From contig CAVZJB010000016.1 of assembly GCA_963775425.1 (NCBI GenBank), positions 832,001-896,000 on the forward strand: 64,000 bases of DNA. Reading direction: 5' to 3'. Below the pieces are notes generated by a model. It was not told the origin of the DNA. It searched no databases and saw nothing but the letters and a program-made list of their open reading frames with translations. Positions 1 through 10,885 of the stretch are shown here, piece by piece. The stretch's first letter is position 1, and every line of letters starts with the position of its first letter. This DNA is from an uncultured delta proteobacterium (GTDB lineage: Bacteria; Myxococcota; UBA727; VGSZ01). The position numbers were made by a program, and so were the translations under genes.

Positions 1-786
<786 letters not shown>

Positions 787-1036
787 GCGAGCGCCGCAGG
801 CGCGCCCCACGACGACGAGCGCGTTCACGGCCGGTCGAGGGCGGCGCCGAAAAGGCCGGCGGCCGACCGCGAGGCGGATCCCGGCGCCGGTCCCGACATC
901 CTCCGGGCCCGTCGCCGCCCGCCGCATCGCGCGCATGACCGAGGCCGCGACCGCCCGTCGGGGCGGGCGTGACGGGGATTGCGTCGTAACGCGTGACGTC
1001 ATGACCGTTCCATGAGCCGGGTGGTACAGCACGCAT

Positions 1037-2272
1037 ATGGCGATGAGCGCGTTCGAGGCGACGAACCTCTATTTCCGCAGGGCCGCGGACATCATGCAGC
1101 TCGGCTCGAGGATCGAGGCGGTGTTCGAGACGCCGTCTCGCGAGGTGAAGGTCGCGCTCGCCGTCGAGATGGACAACGGCGAGGTGCGCACGTTCCAGGG
1201 CTACCGCGTGCAGCACGACGACAGCCGCGGACCGTTCAAGGGCGGCTTGCGCTACCACCCGCACGTCGACCCTGACGAGGTGAAGTCGCTGGCGTCCCTG
1301 ATGACGTGGAAGACCGCGGTCATCGACGTCCCCTTCGGCGGCGCAAAGGGCGGCATCACCGTCGACCCGAAGGAGCTGTCCACCGCCGAGGTGGAGCGGC
1401 TGACGCGCAAGTTCATCGGCAAGATCCACGACGTCATCGGGCCTCACCTCGACATCCCCGCGCCCGACGTCAACACCAACGCCCAGCACATGGCGTGGAT
1501 CTTCGACGAGTACAGCAAGCTCCACATGCACAGCCCCGGCGTCGTCACGGGCAAGCCCGTCGAGCTGTACGGCTCGCTCGGCCGCGAGGCCGCCACCGGC
1601 CGCGGCGTCGCCATCGCCACCCGCGAGACGCTCAAGGCACAGGGAAAGCCCCTCGAGGGCGCGACCGTCGCCGTGCAGGGCTTCGGCAACGTCGGCAGCT
1701 ACGCCGCCCGCTTCCTCAACGAGATGGGCGCGCGCGTCGTCGCCATCGGCGACCACACCGGCGCCATCCGCAACCGCGACGGCATCGACGTCGACAAGGC
1801 CGCCGCGCACCAGCGTCACCACGGGCACATCGCCGAGCTCGACGCCGGCGAGCGCTTCAACGGAGGGGACATCCTCTACGAGGCCGTCGACGTCCTCGTG
1901 CCCGCCGCCCTCGGCAACGTCATCACCATGCAAAACGTCGCCGACATCCACGCGCGCCTCGTCGTCGAAGGGGCGAACGGCCCCATCGACCCCGAGGCCA
2001 ACGACGCGCTCGAGCGCCGCGGCGTGCTCGTGGTCCCCGACATCTACGCGAATGCCGGCGGCGTCACGGTGAGCTACTTCGAGTGGGTGCAGAACCTCCA
2101 GCACTTCACGTGGACGGAAGCGGAGGTCAACGACAAGCTCGAGGCCAAGATGGTGAAGGGCTTCGAGACGATCTGGCGCGTGGCGACGGAGCGGAAGGTG
2201 TCGCTGCGCACGGCGGCGTTCATCGTCGCCATCGGGCGTGTGGGAAAGGCGCGGGTGTTGCGTGGGCTCTAA
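1037..2272 (+). CDS. gdhA: Glu/Leu/Phe/Val dehydrogenase (glutamate dehydrogenase)
   Basis: GPFKGGLRYHP, MTWKTA, PFGGAKGG, DIPAPDVNT, QGFGNVG, EGANGP, ANAGGVTVSYFEWVQN. Confidence 0.96.
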   Translation: MAMSAFEATNLYFRRAADIMQLGSRIEAVFETPSREVKVALAVEMDNGEVRTFQGYRVQHDDSRGPFKGGLRYHPHVDPDEVKSLASLMTWKTAVIDVPFGGAKGGITVDPKELSTAEVERLTRKFIGKIHDVIGPHLDIPAPDVNTNAQHMAWIFDEYSKLHMHSPGVVTGKPVELYGSLGREAATGRGVAIATRETLKAQGKPLEGATVAVQGFGNVGSYAARFLNEMGARVVAIGDHTGAIRNRDGIDVDKAAAHQRHHGHIAELDAGERFNGGDILYEAVDVLVPAALGNVITMQNVADIHARLVVEGANGPIDPEANDALERRGVLVVPDIYANAGGVTVSYFEWVQNLQHFTWTEAEVNDKLEAKMVKGFETIWRVATERKVSLRTAAFIVAIGRVGKARVLRGL

Positions 2273-2810
2273 GGCCGAGATCTCGCATCAGCTCTGGTTG
2301 AAGTCGGTCATCGGCAAGGACCTGACCGACGGGGAGGCGCGCGAGCTGTTCATGATCAGCCGCCGCGAGCTGTACAAGAAGGGCGACCACCTCTTCGAGC
2401 AGGGCGACGACCCCATCGCGCTGTTCCTCCTCGCCGAGGGCACGGTGGAGATCGTGAAGACCACCGGCAACCGCCACACCACCACGCTGGCGGCGCTGTC
2501 GGGCGGCAGCATCGTCGGCGAGATGTCGCTGCTCACGCGGGAGAAGCGCTCCGCCGCCGCCGTCGTCACCACCGACCAGGCGATGGCGCTGCGCGTGTCG
2601 TGGAAGGACTTCGAGGAGCTGCTCGAGCAGAACCCGGCGGTCGCCTACAAGCTCATGTACGCGCTCGCCCGGGTGTTGGCGTCGCGCTTGCGCAACATCA
2701 ACGCGCGCCTCGCCGAGATGGCCGAGCGCAACGAGAACAACGCGCCGCACGAGCAGATCGAAGAGTTCCAGACGTTCAAGAAGAAGCTCTTCTCCGACTG
2801 GAGCTTCTGA
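2262..2810 (+). CDS. Stand-alone cyclic nucleotide-binding domain protein (Crp-like sensor without HTH)
   Basis: LFEQGD..LFLLAEGTVEI..GSIVGEMSLLTREKRSA cNMP fold plus C-helix; GTG at 2262 overlaps the gdhA stop (ORF track start 2238). Confidence 0.85.
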   Translation: MGSKAEISHQLWLKSVIGKDLTDGEARELFMISRRELYKKGDHLFEQGDDPIALFLLAEGTVEIVKTTGNRHTTTLAALSGGSIVGEMSLLTREKRSAAAVVTTDQAMALRVSWKDFEELLEQNPAVAYKLMYALARVLASRLRNINARLAEMAERNENNAPHEQIEEFQTFKKKLFSDWSF

Positions 2811-2838
2811 GCGCGCCGTTGTCGACCCCCTCGGGCTT

Positions 2839-3444
2839 GTGTACGTCGTGCGCATGGCCCTCGCGTACCGCTCCCTCACCCCGCGCACCGTGGCCGCCGC
2901 CGCCGGCGCCGCCGTGGGCCTGGCCGCGGTGTTCGTGGACACGCTCGTCCCCGGGAGCCCGCTCGACGTCGTGAAGGACCCGCAGGCTCCCCTCGGAGAC
3001 CTGGTGAACGCCTGGCTGTTCGTGGTGGCGAGCGTCCTCGAGCTCGCCACCATGCTGTTGTGGATCTACGCGGGCGCGCGGAACCTGGTGGCGCTCCGCC
3101 GCGAGGCGCTCCGCTACACGCCGTTCACGTCGGTGGCGTGGTTCTTCATGCCCATCGCGAACCTGTGGATGGGCTACCGCGTGCTCGCCGAGATCTGGCG
3201 CGCGAGCGATCCGGAGGCGCGCGATCCGGCGGCGTGGGTCGAGACCAAGGCGCCGCTCAAGCTGCTCGCCTGGTGGCTCATCACCCTGTGCGGCGTCCTC
3301 GGCGACGACGGCCCCACCGCCGCCGGCTTCGTCGGCGTCGCGGTGAACGCGGTGTCCGCGGGGATGTTCGTGCTGCTCGCGTTCGAGCTGCGCGATCGCC
3401 AGGATGCGCTCGCCGCGCGCCTGTCGCGATCCTTCAGCGAGTGA
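2839..3444 (+). CDS. DUF4328-like membrane protein
   Basis: Several TM segments and the WFFMPIANLWMGYRVLAEIWRAS motif. Confidence 0.7.
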   Translation: MYVVRMALAYRSLTPRTVAAAAGAAVGLAAVFVDTLVPGSPLDVVKDPQAPLGDLVNAWLFVVASVLELATMLLWIYAGARNLVALRREALRYTPFTSVAWFFMPIANLWMGYRVLAEIWRASDPEARDPAAWVETKAPLKLLAWWLITLCGVLGDDGPTAAGFVGVAVNAVSAGMFVLLAFELRDRQDALAARLSRSFSE

Positions 3445-4747
3445 CGTCGCCGGTGAAGCGCATGAGGTCGACGGCGGCGGCGTCGCAGCGGGCGCGGGCG
3501 TGCACGAGGCCGCGCTGGGCGCTGACGGCGCGCGCCTGCACCTCGGCGGCTCGGACCACGTCGGCCTGGCCGGCGTCGAGGGCGCGCTGCACGTCGGCGA
3601 GGCCCTCCTCGACAATCTCCTTCTGGCTGTCCTCGTAGAGCTTGACGAGCGCGGCGGCGCCCTGGAGGCGATCGAAGGCGCTGCGCACGTCGGCCTCGAG
3701 CTCGCGGGCGGCGTCGGCGTAGAGCGCGTCGATGCGTTGCTCGTCGATGGCGGCGGCGCGGCCGGTGTCGGAGAGCGGCTCGAGGAACGGCAGCGCGATC
3801 GAGAGGCGGGCGCGCACGCTGTTCTGCTTGTCGAGCGGCTCGTCGTAGTAGCCGACGAGCACGTCCTCGACGTACGGGGCCCAGGCCGCCCACGCGAGCG
3901 ACGCCTGGATGTGCGCGCGATCGCGGCGCGCCTTGAGGGCCTGCAGGCGGACCGACTGCGTGCGCGCGCGGCGCACGAGCGCGTTGACGTCGGCGGGCGC
4001 GCCCGCGCACAGCGGCGTCGCCGGCGGCGCCAGCGACAGGGGCGCCGCCCGGCCGACGAGCGCGGCGAGCCGGTGCTCGGCGCGATCCGCGTCGCTGCGC
4101 ACGTCCTCGACGTCGGCGGCCGCGTCGAGGCGGCGAAGCGCGACGAAGCGGGCGTCGAGCGCCGTGGCCGCCTCCGCCTGCAGTTGCGCCTGCGTCTGCT
4201 TTTCGAGCCGCGCCGCGATCGCGAGCGCGTTTTCGGCCAGGCGCTCTTCCCCCCGCAGCGCGAGCACCTGGGCGTGCAGGGTGCGCACCTCGGCGGCGAG
4301 GTCGCGCTCGCGATCGACGACGTCGAGGTCGTCGGCCTGGGCCGCGGCGTCGTCGGCGAGGAGATCGGTGAGCTCCGCGGGGTTCGGGGGCTTCCAGTCG
4401 AGGGTGATGAAGGTGTCGTCGAGCACGCCGTAGGCGTTGCCGTTGTTGTCGGTGTGGGGCGTGCCGAAGAGACCATCGGCGCTGCGGTCGCCGACTCGAA
4501 GGCGAAACGGCGCGTACGACAAACCGCGCCGGAGCTTGTCGCGCTCGGCGCCGAGCCTCGCCGCCTGTACGGCCCCGCTGCGCTGGAGCGCGAGGCGCAC
4601 GGCGTCGTCGGGTGTGAGCCCCGCGCGGGGGGGTGCCGGTCCCGAGGGGGCCGGCGCCGGCGACGAGGACGCGGCCGTTGGAGCGGCCGGGCCGGCCGCG
4701 CCCCACGACGACAGGACGAGCCAGAGCGCCGCTGCCGGGAGCGTCAT
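3434..4747 (-). CDS. TolC-family outer membrane efflux protein
   Basis: Signal peptide MTLPAAALWLVLSSWG, LTPDDAVRLAL start motif, two helical efflux repeats, ALDAGQADVVR..DLMRFTG end; ATG at 4747 overlaps the HlyD stop (ATGA). Confidence 0.85.
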   Translation of the reverse strand: MTLPAAALWLVLSSWGAAGPAAPTAASSSPAPAPSGPAPPRAGLTPDDAVRLALQRSGAVQAARLGAERDKLRRGLSYAPFRLRVGDRSADGLFGTPHTDNNGNAYGVLDDTFITLDWKPPNPAELTDLLADDAAAQADDLDVVDRERDLAAEVRTLHAQVLALRGEERLAENALAIAARLEKQTQAQLQAEAATALDARFVALRRLDAAADVEDVRSDADRAEHRLAALVGRAAPLSLAPPATPLCAGAPADVNALVRRARTQSVRLQALKARRDRAHIQASLAWAAWAPYVEDVLVGYYDEPLDKQNSVRARLSIALPFLEPLSDTGRAAAIDEQRIDALYADAARELEADVRSAFDRLQGAAALVKLYEDSQKEIVEEGLADVQRALDAGQADVVRAAEVQARAVSAQRGLVHARARCDAAAVDLMRFTGDVTR

Positions 4748-5877
4748 CGACGAAGCCCGACGACGGTTCCGGCGAACACGACGTCGAACGCCTGCCCCGG
4801 CAAGGGCGCCGGGAGCCCGTCCGCCGTCGACAGCGCGATGTAGATGGCGCGGCCGAACGTGGGCTGCGTGGGCACCACGCGAAAGCGCGGCGGCACCTCG
4901 GCGATCCCCGGCGCCAACGCCCGCACCACGCCCCGCCGCGGCGGCCCGCTCCGGTCCGACGGCCGCATGCTCACCTCGTCCCCGACGTGCACCCGCGGCG
5001 CGGCGCGCTCGTCGACGTACGCGACCACGCGCAGCGGGTGATCGTCGACGATGCTCACGAGCGCCTCGTCCTGCCGCGCCGTGTCCCCTTCGCTCACGAG
5101 CACGTCCGCCACCGACCCCGCAATCGGCGCCTTCAACACCAGGCTGCCCTTGAGGTTCTCGAGCTGCCGCACGCGCTCTTCCTGCGCCGCCACCTCCGCC
5201 CGCGCCGGCGCCACACGCTCCTCGAGCGGGCCCGCCTTCGCGTGCCCCTCCCGCCACGTCCCGAGGCAATCGTGGGTCGCCGCCTCGTGATCGCGGGCGG
5301 CCTTCAACAGGCCGTCGTACTCCGCCACCCGCTGCGCCAGCGACGCCCGGCGCAGCTTCAGCTCGTCGCGCTGCGCCGCCGACGCGAGCTTCTGCTCGAT
5401 GAGCTTGTCCTGCTTGGCCATCAGCTCGTCCAACTGCGTCAGCTCCGCGCGATCGCGCTTGGCCTCCGCCTCCAAAGCCGCGAGGTCCACGGTGGCGCTC
5501 TCCGCCTCCTGCGCCAGGCGCGCCGCGCTCTCGAGGTCGCTCCCCTGAAGATCCAGCTCACGCGCGACCGCGCCCGCCTTGGTGCGCTCGAGCTCCGCGC
5601 GCGCGATGGCGAGCTCGAAGTCGACGGACGCGGGATCGAGCTCCACCAGCGGATCGCCCGCGGCGACGACGTCACCGGGCCGCACCGCCACCTTCAACAC
5701 GCGCGCGGTGCGCGGCGCAGTCACCGACGCCTCCCGCACCTCCGCGCTCGCGGCCACCACGCCCACGGTGCCGATGCCCGGCGCCAGCACGAACACGACG
5801 ACGAGCACCGCCGCCCAGGCGATCCACGGAGACGCGCGCTTGATCCTCGGGTGCTTGCGCAGCGGATCAAAGCTCAA
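4744..5877 (-). CDS. HlyD-family periplasmic adaptor (membrane fusion protein)
   Basis: N-terminal TM helix, lipoyl halves (VAVRPGDVVAAGDPLVELD; LKAPIAGSVADVLVSEGD) flanking a long coiled coil. Confidence 0.9.
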   Translation of the reverse strand: MSFDPLRKHPRIKRASPWIAWAAVLVVVFVLAPGIGTVGVVAASAEVREASVTAPRTARVLKVAVRPGDVVAAGDPLVELDPASVDFELAIARAELERTKAGAVARELDLQGSDLESAARLAQEAESATVDLAALEAEAKRDRAELTQLDELMAKQDKLIEQKLASAAQRDELKLRRASLAQRVAEYDGLLKAARDHEAATHDCLGTWREGHAKAGPLEERVAPARAEVAAQEERVRQLENLKGSLVLKAPIAGSVADVLVSEGDTARQDEALVSIVDDHPLRVVAYVDERAAPRVHVGDEVSMRPSDRSGPPRRGVVRALAPGIAEVPPRFRVVPTQPTFGRAIYIALSTADGLPAPLPGQAFDVVFAGTVVGLRR

Positions 5878-6547
5878 CCGTGGACTCCTGCATCGAGATC
5901 GCCACGTCCTGCGCCCCCGGCAGCGCCGACAGCGCGTGGATGAGCGCCTGCTCCTCGTCGAGCTTCTTGAACGAGAGCTGGTAGGCGAGCTCCATCTCGC
6001 TCCCCTGCGCGACCTCCCGCAGCGTCACCAGGGCGAAGCGTGTGCAGTGCGCGCGCAACACCTCCCGGAGCTTTTCGCCGGGCTCCTTCCCCGACGGCAG
6101 TCGCAGGCGCACGATGCCGTCGTACTGCCGCTGCGCGCCGAACCCCGTCAGGCGCAGCGTCGCGGCCACCGCGCAAAACAGCGTGGTGCCGACGACCCCG
6201 GTGGCGTAGTTGCCGGTGCCCGCGGCGATGCCGGACCCGAACGCCGCGAAGATGAACACCATGTCGAGCGGGTCGCGCAGGTTGGTACGGAACCGGATGA
6301 GCGCCAGCGTCCCGACGATGCCGATGCCGCGCGCGAGGCTGTTGCCGATGGCGAGCATCAACATCGCCGCCACGATGCCGCCGACGACGAGGGCCTGCAC
6401 GAAAGAGCGCGAGTACGACAAGCCGCGATAGGTCCACGCGTAGACCGCGCCGATGGTCTGGCTCATCAGGTACGCGACGAGGATCGACGCCACCGCCTGT
6501 CGCATGGTGGCGACGTCGAGAGCGCCGAGCTCGGTCCAGGTATCCAT
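5867..6547 (-). CDS. DUF4956 membrane protein (MgtC-like TM bundle plus C-terminal ACT-like domain)
   Basis: YSRSFVQAL, IGNSLARGIGIVGTLALIRFRTNLRDPLD signature; typical neighbour of VTC genes. Confidence 0.9.
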   Translation of the reverse strand: MDTWTELGALDVATMRQAVASILVAYLMSQTIGAVYAWTYRGLSYSRSFVQALVVGGIVAAMLMLAIGNSLARGIGIVGTLALIRFRTNLRDPLDMVFIFAAFGSGIAAGTGNYATGVVGTTLFCAVAATLRLTGFGAQRQYDGIVRLRLPSGKEPGEKLREVLRAHCTRFALVTLREVAQGSEMELAYQLSFKKLDEEQALIHALSALPGAQDVAISMQESTVEL

Positions 6548-6612
6548 CGGTTCGCGGAGGAGAGCAGCCCCGCCTCCGATCCTCAAGTTACGCGCATCCA
6601 GCCGGTCCGCGA

Positions 6613-7395
6613 TCAGCCGGCGGCGACGGGCTCACGGCGCGCCGCGTCGAGGAGGGTGTCGCGGGCGTAGCTGCGCAGCACGCCGACGCCGTATTTGGAG
6701 AAGCCGCGGCGATCGAGCTCGAGCGTACGAAGCATGTGCACGATCCAACGCGGGACCTCGCGCTCGAACTTCACCTCGAGGAGCACCCGCGGATCGCTCT
6801 CGTCCATGGCGACGGGGTCGTCGGCGGCGCACCAGTGCGCGGGATCGCCCGCGAGGGTCCAGTCGCGGCAGCGCTGGAACTGGAGCCGGGAGTCGAAGGT
6901 CACGCGCGCGTAGCTCTCGGTGACGCCCTTATAGGCCTTGCGCTCGTAGCGCACGAGGAGGGCGGGCTCACAGCGGAAGCGGTCGCGGCGCGCACAGAAG
7001 TCGCGCTCGACGGCGGTGGTGCCCATCCCGCGCGCCCGCTCGAGCCACGCCTCCGGCGGGATCACGGCGCGGCGCTTGACGGTGATGTCCATGAGCTTCT
7101 GCTTCACCTCGAGGAACACCGGGCTGTCGCCCAGGCGCTCCCCGTAGCGCCGCACGCGCAGCTTGAAGCGCCGGCCGGTGCCGAGCTCCCACTCGCGCCA
7201 GAACGTGAGGCGAGGCGAGTCGAGGTAGAGGCTGGTGACGAGGTAGCGGCCGCCGGGCTCCTTCGCCGAGCTCTCGTCCTCGACGCAAAACGGCGCGATC
7301 AGCCGGTGCACCGCCTCCGCCTGCGCCAGCGTCAGCAGGAACTTGTGCTCGTAGCGCGGGGGGATGTCGTCGCCCGCCCCGCGCGCCTCGCTCAC
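6613..7395 (-). CDS. VTC-domain polyphosphate polymerase-like protein (CYTH superfamily)
   Basis: RYEHKF, SLYLDSP, KLRVRRY, FLEVKQK, RYERKAY, RVTFD, LLEVKF, FSKY; GTG at 7395 overlaps the ferredoxin stop (GTGA). Confidence 0.92.
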   Translation of the reverse strand: MSEARGAGDDIPPRYEHKFLLTLAQAEAVHRLIAPFCVEDESSAKEPGGRYLVTSLYLDSPRLTFWREWELGTGRRFKLRVRRYGERLGDSPVFLEVKQKLMDITVKRRAVIPPEAWLERARGMGTTAVERDFCARRDRFRCEPALLVRYERKAYKGVTESYARVTFDSRLQFQRCRDWTLAGDPAHWCAADDPVAMDESDPRVLLEVKFEREVPRWIVHMLRTLELDRRGFSKYGVGVLRSYARDTLLDAARREPVAAG

Positions 7396-7685
7396 GAGCC
7401 CTTCCGGAAGCGCGAGGGGAACCCCGCGGGGAAGGCCTTCTTCGGGTGCAGCCGTTGGGCGCGGCGCAGCAGCTCGACCTCGGGCTCTTCGCGATCGGGG
7501 TCGGGCAGGCACGCGTCCACGGGGCACACGCGGGCGCACGCTTCCTCGTCGTGGAACCCCACGCACTCGGTGCATCGCACCGGATTGATGACGTACAGCT
7601 GCTCCCCCGGCGAGATGGCGCTGTTCGGGCACGCCGGCTCGCACAGCCCGCAGTTGATGCAATCGTCGACGATGAGCGTGGCCAA
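7392..7685 (-). CDS. yfhL: YfhL-family 2x[4Fe-4S] ferredoxin
   Basis: CINCGLCEPACP and CTECVGFHDEEACARVCPVDAC. Confidence 0.93.
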   Translation of the reverse strand: MATLIVDDCINCGLCEPACPNSAISPGEQLYVINPVRCTECVGFHDEEACARVCPVDACLPDPDREEPEVELLRRAQRLHPKKAFPAGFPSRFRKGS

Positions 7686-7749
7686 GGTCTCTGCTCCGGA
7701 GCCCTCACTGTACTGGCCCGGCGCGCCAAACGCATGCTAGAGACCGGCG

Positions 7750-9375
7750 GTGGTGCCCCCCGAGTACGAGCCGAGCCCGCTGTCCGCCCCCTGGTTCCGC
7801 GCCGTCCTGGTCGGCGTCGCCGCGGCGCTCGTCGGCCTGCTCGCGGGCCTCATCGTCGAGGCGTGGTGGGCCGCGGCCGTCGCCGCCGGCGCCGGCGCCC
7901 TCCTCGGCACCTGGGTGGTCCTCGCCATGCCGGCGCCGGAGGCGGAGCTGCTCGCCCGTTGGACCGAATACCTCCTCGATCACCCCCACGAGCGGGTCCC
8001 CGAGGGCCTGCCGGGGGTCCACGGCGCCCTGGCCCGCCGGATCAACTCGCTGATCGCCCGCGACGCGCCCCGGCCCGGGGCCCTCGTCCCGGCCACGCCG
8101 GCGGCGCCGGCCAAGAGCGAGGCGCCCAAACAGCCGACGGAGATCATCACGGTGCTCGCCGAGGCCCAGCGGCACGCACAGAACCAGGGCAGCTCCCTCG
8201 ACGACACCAGCGCCGCCATGGCCGAGATGGCGGCCACCGTGCGCACCATCGCGGCCAGCGTCGACTCGCTGGCCACGTCGGCGGAGGAGAGCGGCTCGAG
8301 CATCCTCGAGATGAGCGCCATCAACGACGAGATGGCGGAGAACATCCAGGAGCTCGCCGGCGCCATCGAGGAGACGGCGGCCTCCATCGAGCAGATGATC
8401 TACTCCATCAAAGAGGTCGCCAAGAACATCGAGGACCTCGCGTTGGCGGCGGAGCAGACGTCGACGTCGATGAACGAGATGGAGGCCTCCATCAACCACG
8501 TCGAGGAGAACGCCACGGCCACGGCGCGGCTGTCCGAGGACGTGATCCGCGACGCCGAGCGCGGCGCCGACGCCGTCAAGCGCACCCTGTTCGGCATCGA
8601 CGAGATCCGCCAGTCGTCCCGCACCGCAGGCGAGGTCATCCGGCAGCTCGGCGAGCGCATCGCCGCCATCGGCAACATCTTGAACGTCATCGACGACGTC
8701 GCCGAGCAGACCAACCTGCTGGCGCTCAACGCCGCCATCATCGCCGCGCAGGCCGGCGAGCACGGCCGCGGCTTCGCCGTCGTCGCCGACGAGATCAAGG
8801 ACCTCGCCGAGAGGACCGGCGCCTCCACCAAGGAGATCGCCGAGCTCATCCGCTCGGTGCAGGAGGAGTCGAGGAACGCCGTCACCGCCATCTCGCGCGG
8901 CGAGCGCAGCGTCGAGGCCGGCGTGAACCTCTCGCAGGCCGCGGAGGGCGCGCTCACGGAGATCGTGAGCTCGGCGGGCAAGGCCACGGAGATGGTGAAG
9001 GCCATCGCGCTCGCCACCGTGGAGCAATCCAAGGGCAGCAAGGTGGTGGCCGACGCCGTCGACCGCATCGCCCGCACCGTCCAGCAGGTGGCGGCGGCCA
9101 CGGCGGAGCAGGCGCGCGGCTCCGAGCAGATCATGCGCAGCACCGAACGCATGAAGACCCTGTCCACCCACGTGGAGCTGTCGTCGCAGGAGCAGTCCAA
9201 GGGCAGCAAGCAGATCGCAGGCGCCATCGAGCACATCAGCGAGATGGTGCGGCAGCTCCACCAGGCGCAATCCGAGCAGGCCCGCGGCAGCGAGCAGCTC
9301 CTGGCGGCGGTGGAGCAGCTCCGCTCGTCGCAATTCCGCCAGATCGAGATCCTCGAGCGCGTCGCCCGCCGGTAG
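7750..9375 (+). CDS. Methyl-accepting chemotaxis protein
   Basis: Two N-terminal TM helices; [43 protein letters not shown] hairpin tip. Confidence 0.95.
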   Translation: MVPPEYEPSPLSAPWFRAVLVGVAAALVGLLAGLIVEAWWAAAVAAGAGALLGTWVVLAMPAPEAELLARWTEYLLDHPHERVPEGLPGVHGALARRINSLIARDAPRPGALVPATPAAPAKSEAPKQPTEIITVLAEAQRHAQNQGSSLDDTSAAMAEMAATVRTIAASVDSLATSAEESGSSILEMSAINDEMAENIQELAGAIEETAASIEQMIYSIKEVAKNIEDLALAAEQTSTSMNEMEASINHVEENATATARLSEDVIRDAERGADAVKRTLFGIDEIRQSSRTAGEVIRQLGERIAAIGNILNVIDDVAEQTNLLALNAAIIAAQAGEHGRGFAVVADEIKDLAERTGASTKEIAELIRSVQEESRNAVTAISRGERSVEAGVNLSQAAEGALTEIVSSAGKATEMVKAIALATVEQSKGSKVVADAVDRIARTVQQVAAATAEQARGSEQIMRSTERMKTLSTHVELSSQEQSKGSKQIAGAIEHISEMVRQLHQAQSEQARGSEQLLAAVEQLRSSQFRQIEILERVARR

Positions 9376-9559
9376 GCACCGCCGCGGCCACCCCTCGCCG
9401 CGGCCGGGAGCCCGCCGGCCGGATCCGCGGGACAGCACGCCCCGCGCGCCGCTGACGAGCCCGCCCGCGACGGCCGTCGTTGCGGCGGAGGGGCCCGAGG
9501 CGTACCTTGTCCCATCGCTTGGGACCCGTCGACGCGGTCGTCCCTTCGAGGAGGCCTGC

Positions 9560-10039
9560 GTGTTCGGCATCGGGATGAGCGAGATGGTGATCATCCTCGC
9601 CGTGGCGCTCCTGGTCTTCGGGCCCGACAAGCTGCCCGACATCGCCAAGCAGATCGCCAAAGGGCTGAAGGAGCTGCGGCGCGCCGGCGACGACCTCCGC
9701 GCCAGCATCGACTTCGACCTCGACGACGACAACCCGCGCCGCCGCCGCATCCCCCCGCCCCGCCAACCACCGGCGAACATCCCCAACAGCGCCCTCGCGG
9801 ACAAGCTGCCCGCCGAGGACGACGGCCCGCGCCTCAAGGACGTGTGGCCCAAGCCCGCCGACGGCGCCGTCGCGCAGAACGCGTCACCCTCGAGCCCCGC
9901 CTCCCCCGGCAGCGACGCGACCGCCGCGGAGCCGGCGGCTGCTGCGGCGCCGGCTGCGGCTGCGGCGACGGGGGCGGCGCCCGCTTCCCCGGCGCCGCCG
10001 TCCGCGGGCGCGGGGAGCGCGCCGAAGGGCGAGGCGTAG
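9560..10039 (+). CDS. tatB: Twin-arginine translocase subunit TatB
   Basis: MFGIGMSEMVIILAVALLVFGPDKLP; long Pro/Ala tail; GAGGAGG RBS; directly upstream of tatC. Confidence 0.9.
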   Translation: MFGIGMSEMVIILAVALLVFGPDKLPDIAKQIAKGLKELRRAGDDLRASIDFDLDDDNPRRRRIPPPRQPPANIPNSALADKLPAEDDGPRLKDVWPKPADGAVAQNASPSSPASPGSDATAAEPAAAAAPAAAAATGAAPASPAPPSAGAGSAPKGEA

Positions 10040-10885
10040 ATGGACGAGCGCGAGTACTCGTTGCTGGAGCACCTCACCGAGCTGCGCGGGCGGCTCGCCA
10101 AGGCGCTCATCGGCGTCGCCCTCGTCGCCGTCGCCGCCTTCGGCGTCTCCGATACGCTGCTCGAGGTCATCCGCGCGCCGATGCAGGTGGTGCTCGTCAA
10201 GCACTACGGGCCCACGGCGCACTTCGTCACCACGGGCGCCGCCGAATACTTCGTGTGCCAGATGAAGGCCGCCATCGTCGCCGGCATCTTCGTGGCGAGC
10301 CCATGGGTGCTCTACCAGATCTGGTCGTTCATCGCGCCCGGCCTGTACGAGCACGAGAAGAAGTACGTCGGGTGGTTCGTCGGCGCGGGCGCCTTCTGCT
10401 TCATCGGCGGCGCCGTCTTTTCGTACTTCATGGTCTTCCCGCAGATGTACGGGTTCTTCGTCTCCCAGCAGCCGGCGGACGTGCAGATGCTGCCGAGCCT
10501 CGACGAGAACTTCACGTTCACGCTGAAGCTGTTGGTCGCGTTCGGCGGCGTGTTCGAGACGCCGGTGGTGATCTTCATCCTGTCCATGGCAGGGATCATC
10601 GATCCCAGCACGCTCGGCAAGTACCGCCGCTACGTCGTCGTCGTCGCGTTCATCATCGGGGCCGTGCTCACGCCGTCGCCGGACATCTATTCGCAGTGCT
10701 TGATGGCGGGCCCGCTCCTGCTTTTGTACGAGATCGGGGTGCTCGTCTCGCGCATCACCGTGAAGATGAAGGGTCGTCCGCTCTCGCGGAAGGAGCGCGC
10801 CGCCGAGGAGGCCGCCAAGAAGGCCGGCACCGCCATCGTCCCCGCGGAGCCGCAGCCGCCGCCTGACGAGAAGCCGCCGCAGTGA
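10040..10885 (+). CDS. tatC: Twin-arginine translocase subunit TatC
   Basis: LLEHLTELRGRL, YQIWSFIAPGLYEHEK, FETP, LTPSPD, LLYE. Confidence 0.97.
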   Translation: MDEREYSLLEHLTELRGRLAKALIGVALVAVAAFGVSDTLLEVIRAPMQVVLVKHYGPTAHFVTTGAAEYFVCQMKAAIVAGIFVASPWVLYQIWSFIAPGLYEHEKKYVGWFVGAGAFCFIGGAVFSYFMVFPQMYGFFVSQQPADVQMLPSLDENFTFTLKLLVAFGGVFETPVVIFILSMAGIIDPSTLGKYRRYVVVVAFIIGAVLTPSPDIYSQCLMAGPLLLLYEIGVLVSRITVKMKGRPLSRKERAAEEAAKKAGTAIVPAEPQPPPDEKPPQ

